NCBI GenBank assembly: GCA_039028475.1
Contig: JBCCIA010000013.1
Location: forward strand, 1-36,997
Origin: Spirochaetota bacterium
GTDB taxonomy: Bacteria; Spirochaetota; Leptospiria; Leptospirales; Leptospiraceae
Length of the DNA stretch: 36,997 nucleotides
Reading direction: 5' to 3'
Numbering within the stretch: position 1 is the stretch's first letter; each line of letters begins with the position of its first letter. Under the pieces are notes generated by a model, which searched no databases, was not told the DNA's origin, and saw only the letters and a list, made by a program, of their open reading frames with translations. Shown here one piece after another: positions 36,441 to 36,997 of the stretch. The position numbers and the translations under genes were made by a program.

Positions 36441-36997
36441 ATGAAGTCTGCTGCAAATTCTAAATTATTAGATCTTTGGCATAAAATAAAATATTATAAA
36501 GTTACGAACGACACTCCTTATGAGCAAAAGAAATTTTTAATCATTGGTAATGGAATACTGTTCTCAGGAGCTTTCGTATTATTTCTTACCGGTTTTTTAT
36601 TACTGATAGACTGGGTCATTCTTTTAAACATTAATTTTGAGTATTATTTTAATTTCTACATCGTTGGAATACCACATATAATATTCCAAATACTGGCTAT
36701 TGTATGCTTTTTTCAATTTCATAAATTTAAAAATTTTGAACTAAATTTTTTTATCGCTGGTCTTTTTTTTGATTCTTATTTTTTGACATGCTTTATTTTC
36801 TTTGGAGAATTTTTCTATATAGAAACGATAATAATTTTTTTACATTCACTAGGAGCTTTTTTATTCGTTCGCAATCTAAAGTATTTTTATCTATCAACTA
36901 GTACTTTATTCTTATATTTGCTATTTATGCAAATATGGCCTCATTACTACCCTCCCCTATTTCAAATTTTTTATAAGCCAGTTATTTTAATAACCAA
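36441..36997 (+). CDS. Partial CDS (3' end beyond the window): very hydrophobic multi-TM membrane protein in an extremely AT-rich region. Not in the supplied ORF track.
   Basis: AGGAAG RBS at 36431-36436. ATG at 36441. 185 codons read by hand with no stop to the window end. Translation MKSAANSKLLDLWHKIKYYKVTNDTPYEQKKFLIIGNGILFSGAFVLFLTGFLLLIDWVILLNINFEYYFNFYIVGIPHIIFQILAIVCFFQFHKF... GC is about 22%. Confidence 0.5.
   Translation, partial: MKSAANSKLLDLWHKIKYYKVTNDTPYEQKKFLIIGNGILFSGAFVLFLTGFLLLIDWVILLNINFEYYFNFYIVGIPHIIFQILAIVCFFQFHKFKNFELNFFIAGLFFDSYFLTCFIFFGEFFYIETIIIFLHSLGAFLFVRNLKYFYLSTSTLFLYLLFMQIWPHYYPPLFQIFYKPVILIT

Noticed and set aside
1-36997. Search for CRISPR arrays, rRNA/tRNA genes, and transposase/integrase genes.
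   Set aside because: No regularly spaced direct repeats and no rRNA-like conserved blocks. No tRNA cloverleaf candidates in intergenic regions. No ORF with transposase or integrase motifs was found.

Overview
The window reads as a low-GC (~38-40%) spirochete-like chromosome segment. Leptospira-type 23-residue LRR protein, loose lipoboxes and a DUF1499 lipoprotein suggest a Leptospira-like genome; this is inference from protein features only. About 40 genes are supportable. These include an ethanolamine-permease-like transporter, secA, a TlpA-like thioredoxin lipoprotein, an acyl-CoA dehydrogenase, mltG, priA, ispD, a pirin, SDR oxidoreductases and a TetR regulator. Two long co-directional gene arrays run on the minus strand (23127->15136 and 27578->23291), with ATGA / TAAATG start-stop couplings. 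The stand-out is an 827-aa ORF (11240..13723) that aligns over its full length to eukaryotic major vault protein. It matches MVP repeats R1..R9, the SPFH-like shoulder and the cap-helix coiled coil. It has its own sigma70-like promoter and a strong RBS, and an LRR protein lies downstream. Other points of interest: (1) an orphan GspG-pseudopilin-domain protein with no prepilin leader but a C-terminal TM anchor; (2) a DBD-less LexA/UmuD-like S24 peptidase with no UmuC, an apparent Lys->Arg at the catalytic lysine and an upstream palindrome; (3) tandem AsmA-like paralogs translationally coupled to a tiny CxxCxxCxxxxC protein and an SDR; (4) a divergent family-4 UDG-like gene next to priA; (5) a 3' accessory patch (31854..end) holding an AraC remnant pseudogene, a PF09820-like AAA-ATPase/PD-(D/E)XK gene, a TetR-SDR module with a candidate operator palindrome, a FISUMP-domain protein and an extremely AT-rich (~22% GC) membrane-protein ORF that is open at the window end and absent from the ORF track. 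No rRNA, tRNA, CRISPR array or transposase was found.
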